From assembly GCA_001661245.1 (NCBI GenBank), contig KV454011.1, positions 2,406,987 through 2,470,986 of the forward strand: a stretch of 64,000 nt of DNA. The letters run 5' to 3'. This stretch comes from Pachysolen tannophilus NRRL Y-2460. Lineage: Eukaryota. Under the pieces are notes generated by a model. It had not been told where the DNA came from. It made no database searches and saw only the letters and a list, made by a program, of their open reading frames with translations. The translations under genes were made by a program, and so were the position numbers. Position 1 is the stretch's first letter. The number at the start of each line of letters is the position of its first letter. Positions 10,006 to 21,700 of this stretch are shown in pieces.

Positions 10006-12768
10006 ATGGCAGATTCAGTTCTGAAACAATCTATATCGAGAACCAAGTTGTTACAAATTGCTAGTGATGAATTGAGTAAAAATATTGGTATTAATTCTAA
10101 CGGCGGTAATAATAATAATAGTAATAATAGTAATAATAGTAATAATAATACAAGTAGTGTTAATGGCGGTAGTTATCAAGATGATTATAATAGTAGTAAT
10201 AATAGTTTGAAGTTGGTTGATTTGAGTATAGCTTCTATACCGCCGGAGTTGATTGAGTTGATTAGAGAAAATCATTTGACAAAATTATCATTACAACAAA
10301 ATATGTTAACATCTTTACCAAATTATTTTAGTAGATTAGGTAATTTAAGATATCTTGATTTACATAGAAATAATTTTCAACATTTTCCATCAACTTTATG
10401 TTCATTTAAAAATTTGGAAATATTAGATATAAGTGAAAATTCAATTAAAAAATTACCATTAAATATAGGTAATCTTATTAGTTTAAAAGTTTTAAGTTTA
10501 AAAGATAATAAGTTGGAATATTTACCATCATCTATTTCTACAATGAAAAGTTTAAGAATATTAGAAGTTTCAAATAATCCTTTAATTCTGCCACCTTTAA
10601 ATTATATTCATGATTTACAAAGTGATTTATCAAGTAATTCAGATTGGTTGGATAATTTAAAATCATATATAAGAGATCATGGTAATTATTTGGATGCAAA
10701 GATAAAAGAAATTGATGATTTGGAAAATAATAGTGTACTGCAACCTCCACCTATGAAATTAGAAAGATCAAGAAGTAATTTGAATGATCCAGTGTCAGCT
10801 AAAGCTGCAAAGAGAATGGGATTCATCATTAAAAAGCTGAATAACCCAATGTCTAATCAAGAAATGGATCACGATGATGTAAATGACATTGTTGATGAAA
10901 CAAATATTAATGGTCATACAATTACCAATAATCATAATGGAACAGGTAATGATAATGAAAATAATAGTTCCAATCAAGAAGAATTTCTTAATGATTCTCA
11001 TTTTTCAGCAGTGGAACAACCAAGAGCGGTACAAGCATTAAATAATGATTATTCAGACATAGTGAGAACAAGTTCAACCTCTGCAATTCCACTCTTGAGA
11101 CCAAGATCTCAAAGTGCAGGAAGGAATGAAAATAGTAAATCTGTGGATAATTATGCAATTGCAGAAGATAATTTACAGCAGCAACAAAAATATGATGCTG
11201 AGCACAAGTCTTCTGCATATTTTAGAAGGTTATCTACTTTGGAAGAAATTAAAAAACCTAAAAATATTATAGTCATAAAAGTTGTTAGAAAATTATTATT
11301 TATTTTTACATCATTGCATTATAACGTAAATAAGATAAATGTTTTCAATTTGGATAAAAAATTATCGTTGAAAATAAATAATTGTTTAAATTTATCAAAA
11401 TCAAAACTTGATCTGTTGATTGAAAATTTAGAAATTTTAGAAAAAAATAATATTCATAGTTCCTATGATACTGATATATTGATTGATAAATTATTAACAT
11501 CAATAGTTTCATCTTTAAGCATTTTTAAAAATTTAATTAAAACAATTCAAGGAATAAATTTAACCAGAGTTTTAGATAATACCGATATTTGTTTTATAAG
11601 AAGTTTTTATTTAAATTGTTTTGGATCATTTATGGAATTATATAATTCCTATAAGATATTATATCCCGATTTGAATCCACAGCATCCTCAACCACCTCCA
11701 CATCTGAATGCAATCACTACGCCAACTCCATCACAATCCTTTTCTACAAATGTACCATCTTCAAATTCATCAGCACAATATCAGCAACCACCTCCATTAC
11801 GTATAGACACGGCATTGGCAAATCAACAAAGTGGTGGAGGCCAACCTCAAAGTGCGATAACGTCTTTTTCTACTCAACAAGTTAATGATGAACGATTATA
11901 TAATAGTGTTGATACTGCAACTAATTCTGCAAACTTTGTTTTCAGTCAATTGACATCATTACTTAATAAGACTGCATTAGAAAATGCAGTAACTACTTCT
12001 TCAACAGAGAATAATAATAATGTTAATGGTTCTTCAAAGTTGAATATATCGATTGTTAAAGAATTAACTAGTATTTCAGTTTCATCTATAGAAGCAACAA
12101 AAAATTTAAAAACTTCCTTGGCTACAATAACTTCACAACCACCAGCAGTTCAACCAACTCCATACCAGGAAAAACTTAAATTTTACAGGAACGTCAACAT
12201 TTTCTTGAAATCAATCATAAATGTTTTGAACACATCAAAAATTGCCATTAATGATTTACCAATATTGAATGAGATAAGGCCCAGTTTAGCGGCATTAACT
12301 AAGGCAACTAAGGATGTCACTTTGATGTTAGAAAATAGTTCCTTCAATAACATCACATTACAACAACAGCAGCAACCACAATCAAGTATTTCTGCTTTCC
12401 CTCCACCACTATCATCAATTCCATCAATGGCAATATTGCCAAATCAGCAACAAGTTACTACACCAATGATTGCAGCTTTGGGTAATGCAGCTGCAGCACT
12501 GACTGTTTTGCCACCTTCTGGGAACATTATTTCTAATGGTGCTAATAATGGTGTTCTTAGTCCTTCATCAGGGGCTGACTTGAGTAATAATAATAATAAT
12601 AATAACAACAACAACAACAATAATAATAATAATAGTAACAATAACAATGCTAACAATGCTAACAATGCTAATAATGCTAATAATGCTAATAATGCTAATA
12701 ATATTAATAATAATACTACTAATAATAATGGTAATAATAACGGTGCTGCTAATAATTTCGATGATTAG
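10006..12768 (+). CDS. SOG2: RAM-network leucine-rich-repeat protein Sog2
   Basis: First ATG at 10006. N-terminal LRRs (LRYLDLHRNNF, LEILDISENSI), then RSRS, KRMGFII and YFRRLSTLEE blocks and a helical C-terminal domain typical of Sog2. Confidence 0.85.
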   Translation: MADSVLKQSISRTKLLQIASDELSKNIGINSNGGNNNNSNNSNNSNNNTSSVNGGSYQDDYNSSNNSLKLVDLSIASIPPELIELIRENHLTKLSLQQNMLTSLPNYFSRLGNLRYLDLHRNNFQHFPSTLCSFKNLEILDISENSIKKLPLNIGNLISLKVLSLKDNKLEYLPSSISTMKSLRILEVSNNPLILPPLNYIHDLQSDLSSNSDWLDNLKSYIRDHGNYLDAKIKEIDDLENNSVLQPPPMKLERSRSNLNDPVSAKAAKRMGFIIKKLNNPMSNQEMDHDDVNDIVDETNINGHTITNNHNGTGNDNENNSSNQEEFLNDSHFSAVEQPRAVQALNNDYSDIVRTSSTSAIPLLRPRSQSAGRNENSKSVDNYAIAEDNLQQQQKYDAEHKSSAYFRRLSTLEEIKKPKNIIVIKVVRKLLFIFTSLHYNVNKINVFNLDKKLSLKINNCLNLSKSKLDLLIENLEILEKNNIHSSYDTDILIDKLLTSIVSSLSIFKNLIKTIQGINLTRVLDNTDICFIRSFYLNCFGSFMELYNSYKILYPDLNPQHPQPPPHLNAITTPTPSQSFSTNVPSSNSSAQYQQPPPLRIDTALANQQSGGGQPQSAITSFSTQQVNDERLYNSVDTATNSANFVFSQLTSLLNKTALENAVTTSSTENNNNVNGSSKLNISIVKELTSISVSSIEATKNLKTSLATITSQPPAVQPTPYQEKLKFYRNVNIFLKSIINVLNTSKIAINDLPILNEIRPSLAALTKATKDVTLMLENSSFNNITLQQQQQPQSSISAFPPPLSSIPSMAILPNQQQVTTPMIAALGNAAAALTVLPPSGNIISNGANNGVLSPSSGADLSNNNNNNNNNNNNNNNNSNNNNANNANNANNANNANNANNINNNTTNNNGNNNGAANNFDD
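12586..12740 (+). repeat. Coding microsatellite: (AAT/AAC)n poly-Asn and (GCTAAYAAT)n Ala-Asn-Asn repeats at the Sog2 C-terminus
   Basis: Direct reading of trinucleotide and 9-bp repeats. Confidence 0.9.
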
Positions 12769-12965
12769 GAAGAAGGAGACAAAAAGCTAAAAAAAGCTAA
12801 GAAAAAAAAAGAAAAAAAGAAAAAAGAGTTTCAATTTGAAAACATAATTAGTATTCTAAAAATTTATTAAATAGGCGGGTATATAGGTGGGTGTTATTAT
12901 GTATATGTATAAACTTTAGACAATAGAAATCCAGTTTTATAATTATCAATCTAGCTAGTGTTGAA

Positions 12966-13697
12966 TTATTTTTCAGCCATGAACAAATCGATTTCATCCA
13001 ATTCATCCTGGTTAACATAATGTTCAATCATATGGTATCTCGATTTACTGATTTTTTCAACTTTTTCATTCCAAAGACCACAAATTTTCATAGCTTCAAC
13101 GGGAGGAATTGTAATTCTTCCATTTTTGAAAACGTATTTTGTAATACAATTACAACAAGTCTTATATTGATTCTTACCAGTTGGGAAAGCAAATTTTGAC
13201 AAGACGAAAAGCCATTTTTCATCCCAGCATAAAACTTCACTTATAACATGATATCTCAGTAACGGTGTAATTTCTTTCTTAAAATTTCCCGAGAGAGTAG
13301 CAGTTGGAATATATGGCCAATTTAAAACTGAATATTTCCCTTTTTTACCTAAATTTACATCTTGAGCATGCCAAAATAATTCTCTAAATCTTAATGTCAT
13401 TAAATCTGCTCTGCATATATCCAATTCTTGAAAATAAGTTGAATTGGATTTATGTAGGTACGAATCACATTCAAAAAATGAACAAAAAGTCTTGTAAACT
13501 AAAGGATTGAAAACTTCTAATTCATGCTTCTTAATATCCTTAACTTTCAAATAAGATTTGGTATAATATGGTATAATCAAATTTTTCAAAATTGGACGAT
13601 AAAACCTAATTGTATATGCAAAAGGAACAGATTTATAAGATAAAATTGATATCAAGATGAAAACCCATTTTAAAATCCAAAACAGTAAAGCTAACAT
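12966..13697 (-). CDS. Thioesterase/hot-dog-fold protein, YBR096W-like
   Basis: ATG 13697, N-terminal hydrophobic anchor, ECDSYLHKSNSTYFQELDICR, FKKEI.P, WDEKWLFV, KYVFKNGRITIPP. Confidence 0.8.
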   Translation of the reverse strand: MLALLFWILKWVFILISILSYKSVPFAYTIRFYRPILKNLIIPYYTKSYLKVKDIKKHELEVFNPLVYKTFCSFFECDSYLHKSNSTYFQELDICRADLMTLRFRELFWHAQDVNLGKKGKYSVLNWPYIPTATLSGNFKKEITPLLRYHVISEVLCWDEKWLFVLSKFAFPTGKNQYKTCCNCITKYVFKNGRITIPPVEAMKICGLWNEKVEKISKSRYHMIEHYVNQDELDEIDLFMAEK

Positions 13698-14109
13698 TGA
13701 CTTTTGCAAAAATGACTTTCTCAACTCAAACCTCACCGGTGATTACTTTATAAAGATCTATAATTATAATTAGTATTAATTAAATAGATTACAACTATCC
13801 CTAGATTTAGTTCTAGTTCAAATTCAACAACAATTTGTATAAAAATTGGTATATTTCCACACCAGTAGATTTTTTATATACTATTAATGAATAAAGAAGG
13901 AATTCAATAAATTATAATTTAATAAGTAAAATGATAATAGTTGAAGTAAAAAAAAAAAGAACATATCATTTATTAGTTTAAAATTTCATTTATTAGTCTA
14001 GTATATAGTGTAGATCCCTTACAATTCTATATTGAATATAATAATAATAATATTAATAATAATATAATAAAATGAGCCTTTATCCTTTCTAAGTTGATGT
14101 TTTAATATT

Positions 14110-14931
14110 TTAATTTTGAATACCAGAGCATTCATTTGTACTTATATGATCTCTAATCCATTCATCTACATTTGAATAAATTTTACCACACAGTTTACAA
14201 TTTCCACTAACATGGTTTCTATTTTTTTTTTAGTTCCCAAGGGGTATTCGAAATGCAATGCTTTTAAATGATTTTTATAAGTATCACATCTTGAGAAACA
14301 ACCACTTGAATGACATATTTTAATATTTTGCTTTTCATCTGAAGTTGTTTCTTCATTTTTGTAAAAAGGACATTTAAATCCATATTCGCTTAAATCTTTT
14401 AAATGTGATTTTTCATGTCTTGTTAAATCATTTGGTCTTGCAAAACCTCTTGAACAAGTTTTACAAACATGAGGTCTTGCATTAACTGAAAGATGTGTTG
14501 ATTTATGTGTTGCCAAGTTACTAAAATATAATAAACATTGTGGACATTGTTTCTTCTTGCGTCTATTTTTCTGGATTTTACTCTGTTTTGACGGAAGATG
14601 CAGGAAGTGGTTCTGTTGTACAATAACTTGTTGGTACTGCTGTTGGTGCAAAGGTTTCTGATCTTGTGGTTCTAAATGTGACCTAAACCCACTTGCCAAT
14701 ACTAAAACAGCATTTGCATTTGCATTCGCATTCGCATTCGCATTTGCGTTTGTATTAGCATTTACATTCACATTAACATTAGCATTAGACTTTTCATATG
14801 TGATTGGATCACTACTACTTCTTGACCTACTTCCTTCATTATTATTATTATTATGATTATTATCTGAAGAAACTTCGTCTGCAGATGTGGGTGAATGTAG
14901 ATAATAGCTTTTACTGTTATTAGTCAATATA

Positions 14932-14963
<32 letters not shown>

Positions 14964-15506
14964 TTGTAGTTGTTGATATTGCTGATATTGTGATTGTGGT
15001 TGTGGTTGTGGTGGTTGCTGTGGTTGTTGTTGTTGTAAAGATCTAACTTTTGGGGATTGCGAGTATCCAAAACGAAATTCCTGAGCCCTTTTTTGATTAT
15101 CATAATATGGAACTATTGGTGGTGGTAAAGCACTGGATATTCCTTGAGTCCTCGAAGGATAATAATAATTTGACGATCCTGAAGGTACCGAAGCTGGTGG
15201 AGGTAACCTATATTTTTCATTCAACCCAGAACCTGGATGTTTATCAAGAACTTTCAACTTTGGTGGAGGCGCAAGATTTATAGAATTTGTAAAACTATTA
15301 AAAGTTGGTAAACGAAACTTATTATCAGCACTTGAACTAGTTGTTGGTTGAGGTAATAGAGCTATTGCTGGTGGTGATACTTGTGTTCCTCCCAGGGCCA
15401 GGGAAATGGGTATGGCTGAATTAGTACCATTATTCGTATTAACGTTGACACAACCACTCCCTTGAGTGCTGGAAGTATCTCTTTTCTGTTCAATCATAAT
15501 CATCAT
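14110..15506 (-). CDS. STP3: Stp3/Stp4-like C2H2 zinc-finger transcription factor (apparent 1-nt frameshift near the 3' end)
   Basis: CPQC..FSNLATHKSTH, RPHVCKTCSRGFARPNDLTRHEKSH, FSRCDTYKNHLKALHFEYP.GTKKK. The conserved tail continues in another frame to the stop at 14110. Position next to ELO3-ROM2-ARC18 matches S. cerevisiae STP3. Confidence 0.82.
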
Positions 15507-16614
15507 TTAAAACTATTTTTCTTTTTTTTTATAATTTCATCTTATAACTTCACTTTATTTGTGATTTTATCTTTTAAAATAAAGCAAATATAGATAAAAT
15601 CTCAACTTATTCTTTCAAATAATAACTGTTTAATCGCATTGGGCTAACTCTATTAACAGCAGAAATACCTTCAAGGAATCGCACGGCTAGTAAAAGCCTG
15701 CAAGTTAATATGCGAGTTGATGCATAAAACTTAAACTTTTTTTTTTTTCGCTCGGGAAGGCAGAAGAAGGTATTAAAGATTGGGAAGAGGTATATATTTA
15801 ATACCCAAAGATATAAAATGATTTAAATTTTATTTGACATCCACGGATACCGAAAAAGAATCTTTTAATTAGTATTTCTATGATCTAGAGAAGGTTCTGA
15901 TTATGACCCCATTTTTTATAAATAAAATAAAAAAAAAAATGACGGAAATGTGTATACGAAAGAATTCATTTATAAGATGCCATGTTTTTCTTGCCGTATT
16001 TAAATTTTTATTTTAACCGAGAAAATGGTAAAATCGGAAAGCGGCACAGCTTAAAATTTTAAAACAACCGCAAAATAAAACTACAAAAAAACAAAAAAAA
16101 AAAGAATGAAAATGAACGTGAAGGTTATTGAACAACCGTGGCGATAATGACACGGCGATCTTGAAGAGTTTGAAATGAGGAAATATTTTTATTGGAAAAA
16201 GCGGCTGTACTATAGTGTTTACAATTTCTTATTGTATGTATAGTACATGGCTATACAAATACATAATAATAATAATAATAATAAATACACTTATTTTATA
16301 CTATTAGTGGTACTAATCTGACTACAATAGTATTATACTTATATTATTACTACTACTATTAACTTTTAAAATTCGCATATATATAATAAAGACATAAAAG
16401 AAAAGAAAAATGAAAAAAAAAAAAAAAATACATATGTATATATTTATGAGAAATCAAAATGAAAAAAAAAAAAAAAAAAGAAAAAATGGAATATTTTGAA
16501 TCTATATGATTAAAAGATACTTAACTTTTTTTTTTTTCTTTTTTCAAATTTTTTCAAATTTTTTATTTTAGAAAATGACCAACCACTTTTTGGTTTATTT
16601 ATTTATTTATTTAT

Positions 16615-17621
16615 TTATGCTTTTCTTGAAGTTGGTTTTGTGATTTTTGGAATGGAAACACCAGTTGCTGAAATTGAAGCAACTTCTTCTTCAACTAATT
16701 TTTTTGCAGCTTTTTTACCTTTCTTCATATAAACTTTAATGTAAAAACTTATAAATAAGACCAAATATGAAGATAAGATCAAGTAACCATAAGCTGCAGC
16801 ACCTTCGGTACCATGACAAGTACCTTTATTTGGTAACCATTGGAAATATTTATCAGCATAAAAAGTATAAGTAGCAAAATAAACAAAAATTAAATCCAAT
16901 ATAAATTGAATAATTTGAAATCTTGTTACCCATTCTTTCCACCAAACTCTAACACCTCTAGATGATAAGAAATAGTACCAATACATAACCACATGAACAG
17001 CCAAGTTTAAAGAGATTGGAACCCATTCAACTGTTGTATGGCCTGCTAATTGTGTATAACATAATAAAGCAGTAGCACCATGATGATAAGTATGCAAAAA
17101 TAATAATTTTTTCCTTTTTAAAACAAGGAAAACTGTATCAATTAATTCAATATATTTTGTAAGATAATTCAAATAATATAAAGTAACCAACTTTGAAGTA
17201 TAAGCATCTCTTGAACAAATAGAATATAATATTCCATTTTTAACAACCATTGGAATCAATTGTTCCAACATTAATATTAATAAGATAAGTGAAACACAAG
17301 TTAAAAATAAATTATGTAATTGAAATAAAAAATTCAATTTTAAAGCTGGAATATTAAAAGTATTAACAATCAGTCTACCTCCAAATACAACAGAATAATA
17401 AACAATAATCGCACAAACAACTTCTGGGAAACTACCCATAAATGTTTCATTCCATACAAATTTAAATTCTTCAGCACTATAACCTTTAACCAAATAAAAA
17501 AAATGGTTGAAAATAGGCCATAATTTTAAACCAAACGGATTATCATCTCGTATAGATGGAGCAGAATACTGGATCCATTCAGGAAAAACTTCCACAATGC
17601 TCGAAATGCTTGAAACTCCAT
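16615..17621 (-). CDS. ELO3: Very-long-chain fatty acid elongase Elo3/Sur4 (start codon unresolved)
   Basis: [65 protein letters not shown]-terminal SRKA. No in-frame ATG upstream of the conserved N-terminus; the nearest ATG (17621) is 1 nt out of frame. Confidence 0.92.
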
Positions 17622-18705
17622 AAATATATGTTTTGGTTGAAATAGAAAATATAATATATCTTATTAGACTGGGAAGAGGAAAAGATTAAAAATTAAAAAT
17701 AATAAAAAAAAAAAAAAAAAAGAAATAAGAAAAAGAAAAATAAAAAAAAAAATAAAAAGTTTAATAAAACGAGAGAGAGAATTATTATCAATGTCATTTT
17801 CAAATAAGAAAGAAGAACAAAGAAAAAAAAAAAAAAAAAAAAACAGAAAAAGTGAAAGGACTTCCTCTCTAAATAAATAAAATAATATTAAAAAAAATAG
17901 TTGAAAATTTTCTGTATTCTTTTATTTACCTTTTTGAAAAAAATTTTTTTTTTTTTTCAACTCTTTTTTTGAGAAAGTTTTGTTGATTTTAACAAAACAA
18001 AAATCTTTTATTAATGACACTTTGATTTGTAGTTTCCTGAGTAGATGGATAAGATATTAACAGATCATTTTTTAAATAAAAAGCTTGAATGAGATTTGTA
18101 GTTATCGTAATTGAGGTAAATTCTTTGAGTTGATTGTTGATTGTTGTTTGTAGTATTTGTCGGCTCCACCATTTTTTTTTTGTATTGCTAAGTGTGAGCA
18201 ATATGGAAATGATGGGAAAAACAAAACGTGACACTTTACACCATCCGATCGCGCCCTTGGAAATCCGAGATTGGTTATTAAGATGAGTTAAAAAGTAGAT
18301 TATAAAATCTTTTTAAGTTAAATAATTATGTTTTTAGTCTACGAATGTTTTTCTGTTATGTATAACTTTTAACTTTTCCCTTTATATTTATATATAATAT
18401 CTCCCATGATTCTTATCGCCCATTAAATGGAAAAACAAGATAAAAATAAAACAAAAAAAAAAAAAAAAAAAAACAGCTAAATGATGATAACGAATGGAGG
18501 AAATAAAATGGTAATGTAATACATGACTAAATAATTAAAACAACAAAATTAGAAAGTTAAAAAAAAAATAAAAATAAAAAATAAAAAATAAAACATATAC
18601 GAATAAATATATATATGTAATGACACCCTTAAATTAATTAAATTATGCGTAAAAGGACAACAACAACAACAACAACAACGAGAAAAAAAAATAATTTGAT
18701 ATTCG

Positions 18706-21700
18706 TTATTTGGCACTTGGTTCATCTGAATTATTGTTAGTAGCAGTAGTAGTAGTACTAGTAGTAGTAGTAGTAGTATTATTTTTTTTAATAGATTTAT
18801 CCCAGAAATCCAAACTAACTACAACGTCATATCCTTTTTCATCTTCATAAGCGTACAAAATTTCCTGAGATGACCTATGCAAAAACCTAATATTTTCACC
18901 ATAAATGATTCGTAATAAATCTCCAGTTTCCACATGCCTAATTTCTATAAAAGAGGAATCGAAACCTAATAAGTAAGGATACCAAATTGCAAAATCTTGT
19001 GGTAAACCTTCCCAATTGATCAAAAATTGAGGTCTGGATCTCCAACCATTACCGTTAACATAAAATGAAAAATCTGAATAACTTAATAAAAAATAAGAAT
19101 TAATTCTATCAATTTCCAATGGTTTAAGTCCTTCTTTACCAATGACAAAATCTAAAGATGTATCTGCAGGATCCAATAATAATTCCATTTTATTTTCTTC
19201 AATAGAAACTATTTCAAAACCTTTAGTACAACCAACACATAATCTGGAATTAATAAAAGATATAGAAACAGGTTCAGAACTGAAAACAATCTCTTTTGTT
19301 TCATTTTTAAATTTCCTCTTATTTAATTTCTTTTGCTGAATTGGATCTATTGGTTCAAACACTTTAATTATATGGTTTGATCCATTTTTGGCAGCACAAA
19401 CCAACATTCTACCATTACAAATACCAACTCTGAAAAATGAAACATGAGATATTAATTCTTTACCTATTTTTGCATTTTTAAATGGATCTATAGTAGTTTG
19501 TGATAAAATCTCTAATGGCCATGTAAGCAATTTCTTATCAGTTAATACTAAAAACGTTTGATATCCTTCCAAAACTTCCAATTGCATGACATTTATTTTA
19601 CTTATAATTTTAATAGGTTTTGAAACAATTCTCTTGCCTTGATCTGATTTCTTGATCTCAGATAGATAAATTCCAGAATCGGTACCATACAATAATTTTC
19701 TACCACCATCAAATGGAACAACACAATTAATCTTGTTGCTATAGTCAAAAAACTTTTGACATAACGGCGTAAAAGTGAAAACATCATTGGCTTCAATCAA
19801 TTTTTTATGTTGCAGTTCAATTTTTTCAATTAATGTTTTTTGAATCGATAACTTCGGAGCATATAAAGTTAAATAATCACCTTTTCTTCCCAAGTATGAA
19901 AAAGTAACAGGAAATTTGTTTGAGTTACTATTACCATTGTTAAGTGAGGTACTACTAGACATTAATATACTTGGAGGCGATGACGCTACTAATGAAGAGG
20001 CAGATGATAAAGCAGAAATTTGCATCAGCGATGATCTCTTCATCATAGTTTTCAAATTTGGAACTTCTTCGGTAACAGACAAAAGCAATAATTGTAAAGG
20101 AATTGGTCTTTGGTAAACACGATGTTGTTCTCTCTTATTAACAATCTTAATCTTAACAAACAATAAGGCATGATCAAATAAATAAGCTTGAACTTCACCT
20201 TGATTTTCTTTGTCCTGATAATTACGTTTTTTCAAGACACAATGATACAAGATCCTTCTATTTGGAGTAGTCAATTTAAGATCAACAAATTCACCAGGTC
20301 TGAATTGAAGTTTTTGTTTCAACAAAATTAATTGGTATCTATCTGATGATTTACCAGTCTCAATGTTAATTCTATCTAATAATTTTTGTAATAGAGCCAA
20401 AGCTTTGTTCAAATTTTCATAGTCCGGTGAATCTTCCCTTGTATGATCCCTAATAGCTTTTAACAATAAAGGATATCTAGCAGGCCTAGAAGTTGGCTTT
20501 GACAAAAAAGATGATAAATCCAATCTCCTGGATTCTTTCAATCTCTCAGTCTCTTCAACAAATCTAGCAAACAACGGGTTTGTTGTCTTTTGCCTTTCAA
20601 ATTCATATTTGCCAAAAATTTGACCAGCACCATAATAAACAAAAGGCTCAAAATGTGGGATATACTGTAAAAAAATATCACCTATTTGATCAACGATAGA
20701 TTTTTTGTTTTGTCTTCTCGTTAATGCCGCTGCCAATTTACCGTTTACTGCCAAGATCTCATTAACTCCACTAAATACGGTTTTAATAAATTTTTCACGT
20801 TCTCTTTCTGGAATAATATTACTTTCTCGCAAGGGCCTAATCCAAAAATCCCTAATATATTCTAAATCTTTGACAAAATCACGCTCAGTATAAATAGTTT
20901 CAAAAATTGATTCTTGTCTTTTCAATTCCCTCTTATCAACACTTTCCAAGACAGACTTTGGAACAGAATAAGACCATAAATGCTTCTTTTCATCATTTTC
21001 ATGCAATGATATATGTGTATCATTTCTTCTTAGTCCTCCTTGTGGTTTTAAATTCAATCTTGCCTGTTGCTCCAATCTTCTTGGGCAAGCAATACTATAA
21101 CATAATCTATCTCTTGTACAAGTTGGGGAATAGCATTCCGTTAACAATGTGAAAACTCCATTAACGAGTATATCCTGTTGATTTAGGAGAGCACTACTAC
21201 CATTATTAACTTGTTGATTAATAGATGCAGATGAGGGTAACTGATGAATTGTTGATGAAACAGATGGTGATTCTAGCATGCTTGCATTATTTAATGTATT
21301 TTCGCTATTAAACGAGTTACGTTTATTACCGTTGAGGTTAGTTTGAGTACCATTACCTGTATTATTCTGATTGAAAAACGTAAAATCATTAAATTGGTAA
21401 ACTTCATTGTTGCTGTCCCTTAATCTGTGTTCATATGTAACGTCATGGAAAAATTTCTGGGCATCAAGAGCTCTTCCTAATAGCAAAGCTAAATTTCTAT
21501 CAGAAGTTCGAATAATGTGTGAAATGATATCAACAGCTTCTGAACCTGAAAATGCATCTCTATATTCCAATCCATTTTTCAATTTTGAACCTAAAACTAT
21601 ACGTTCCTTGAATAACCTAGCAACTCTTGATAAAAGAGCCGGATATACTGAAGGTCTTCTTGAGGATGAAGTGAAAACAGTCTTGGATGTCAATGAAGAG

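Noticed and set aside
17989..18234. 81-aa ORF upstream of ELO3 as a gene or first exon
   Set aside because: GTG start, no homology recognised, and no donor/branch/acceptor set joining it to ELO3.
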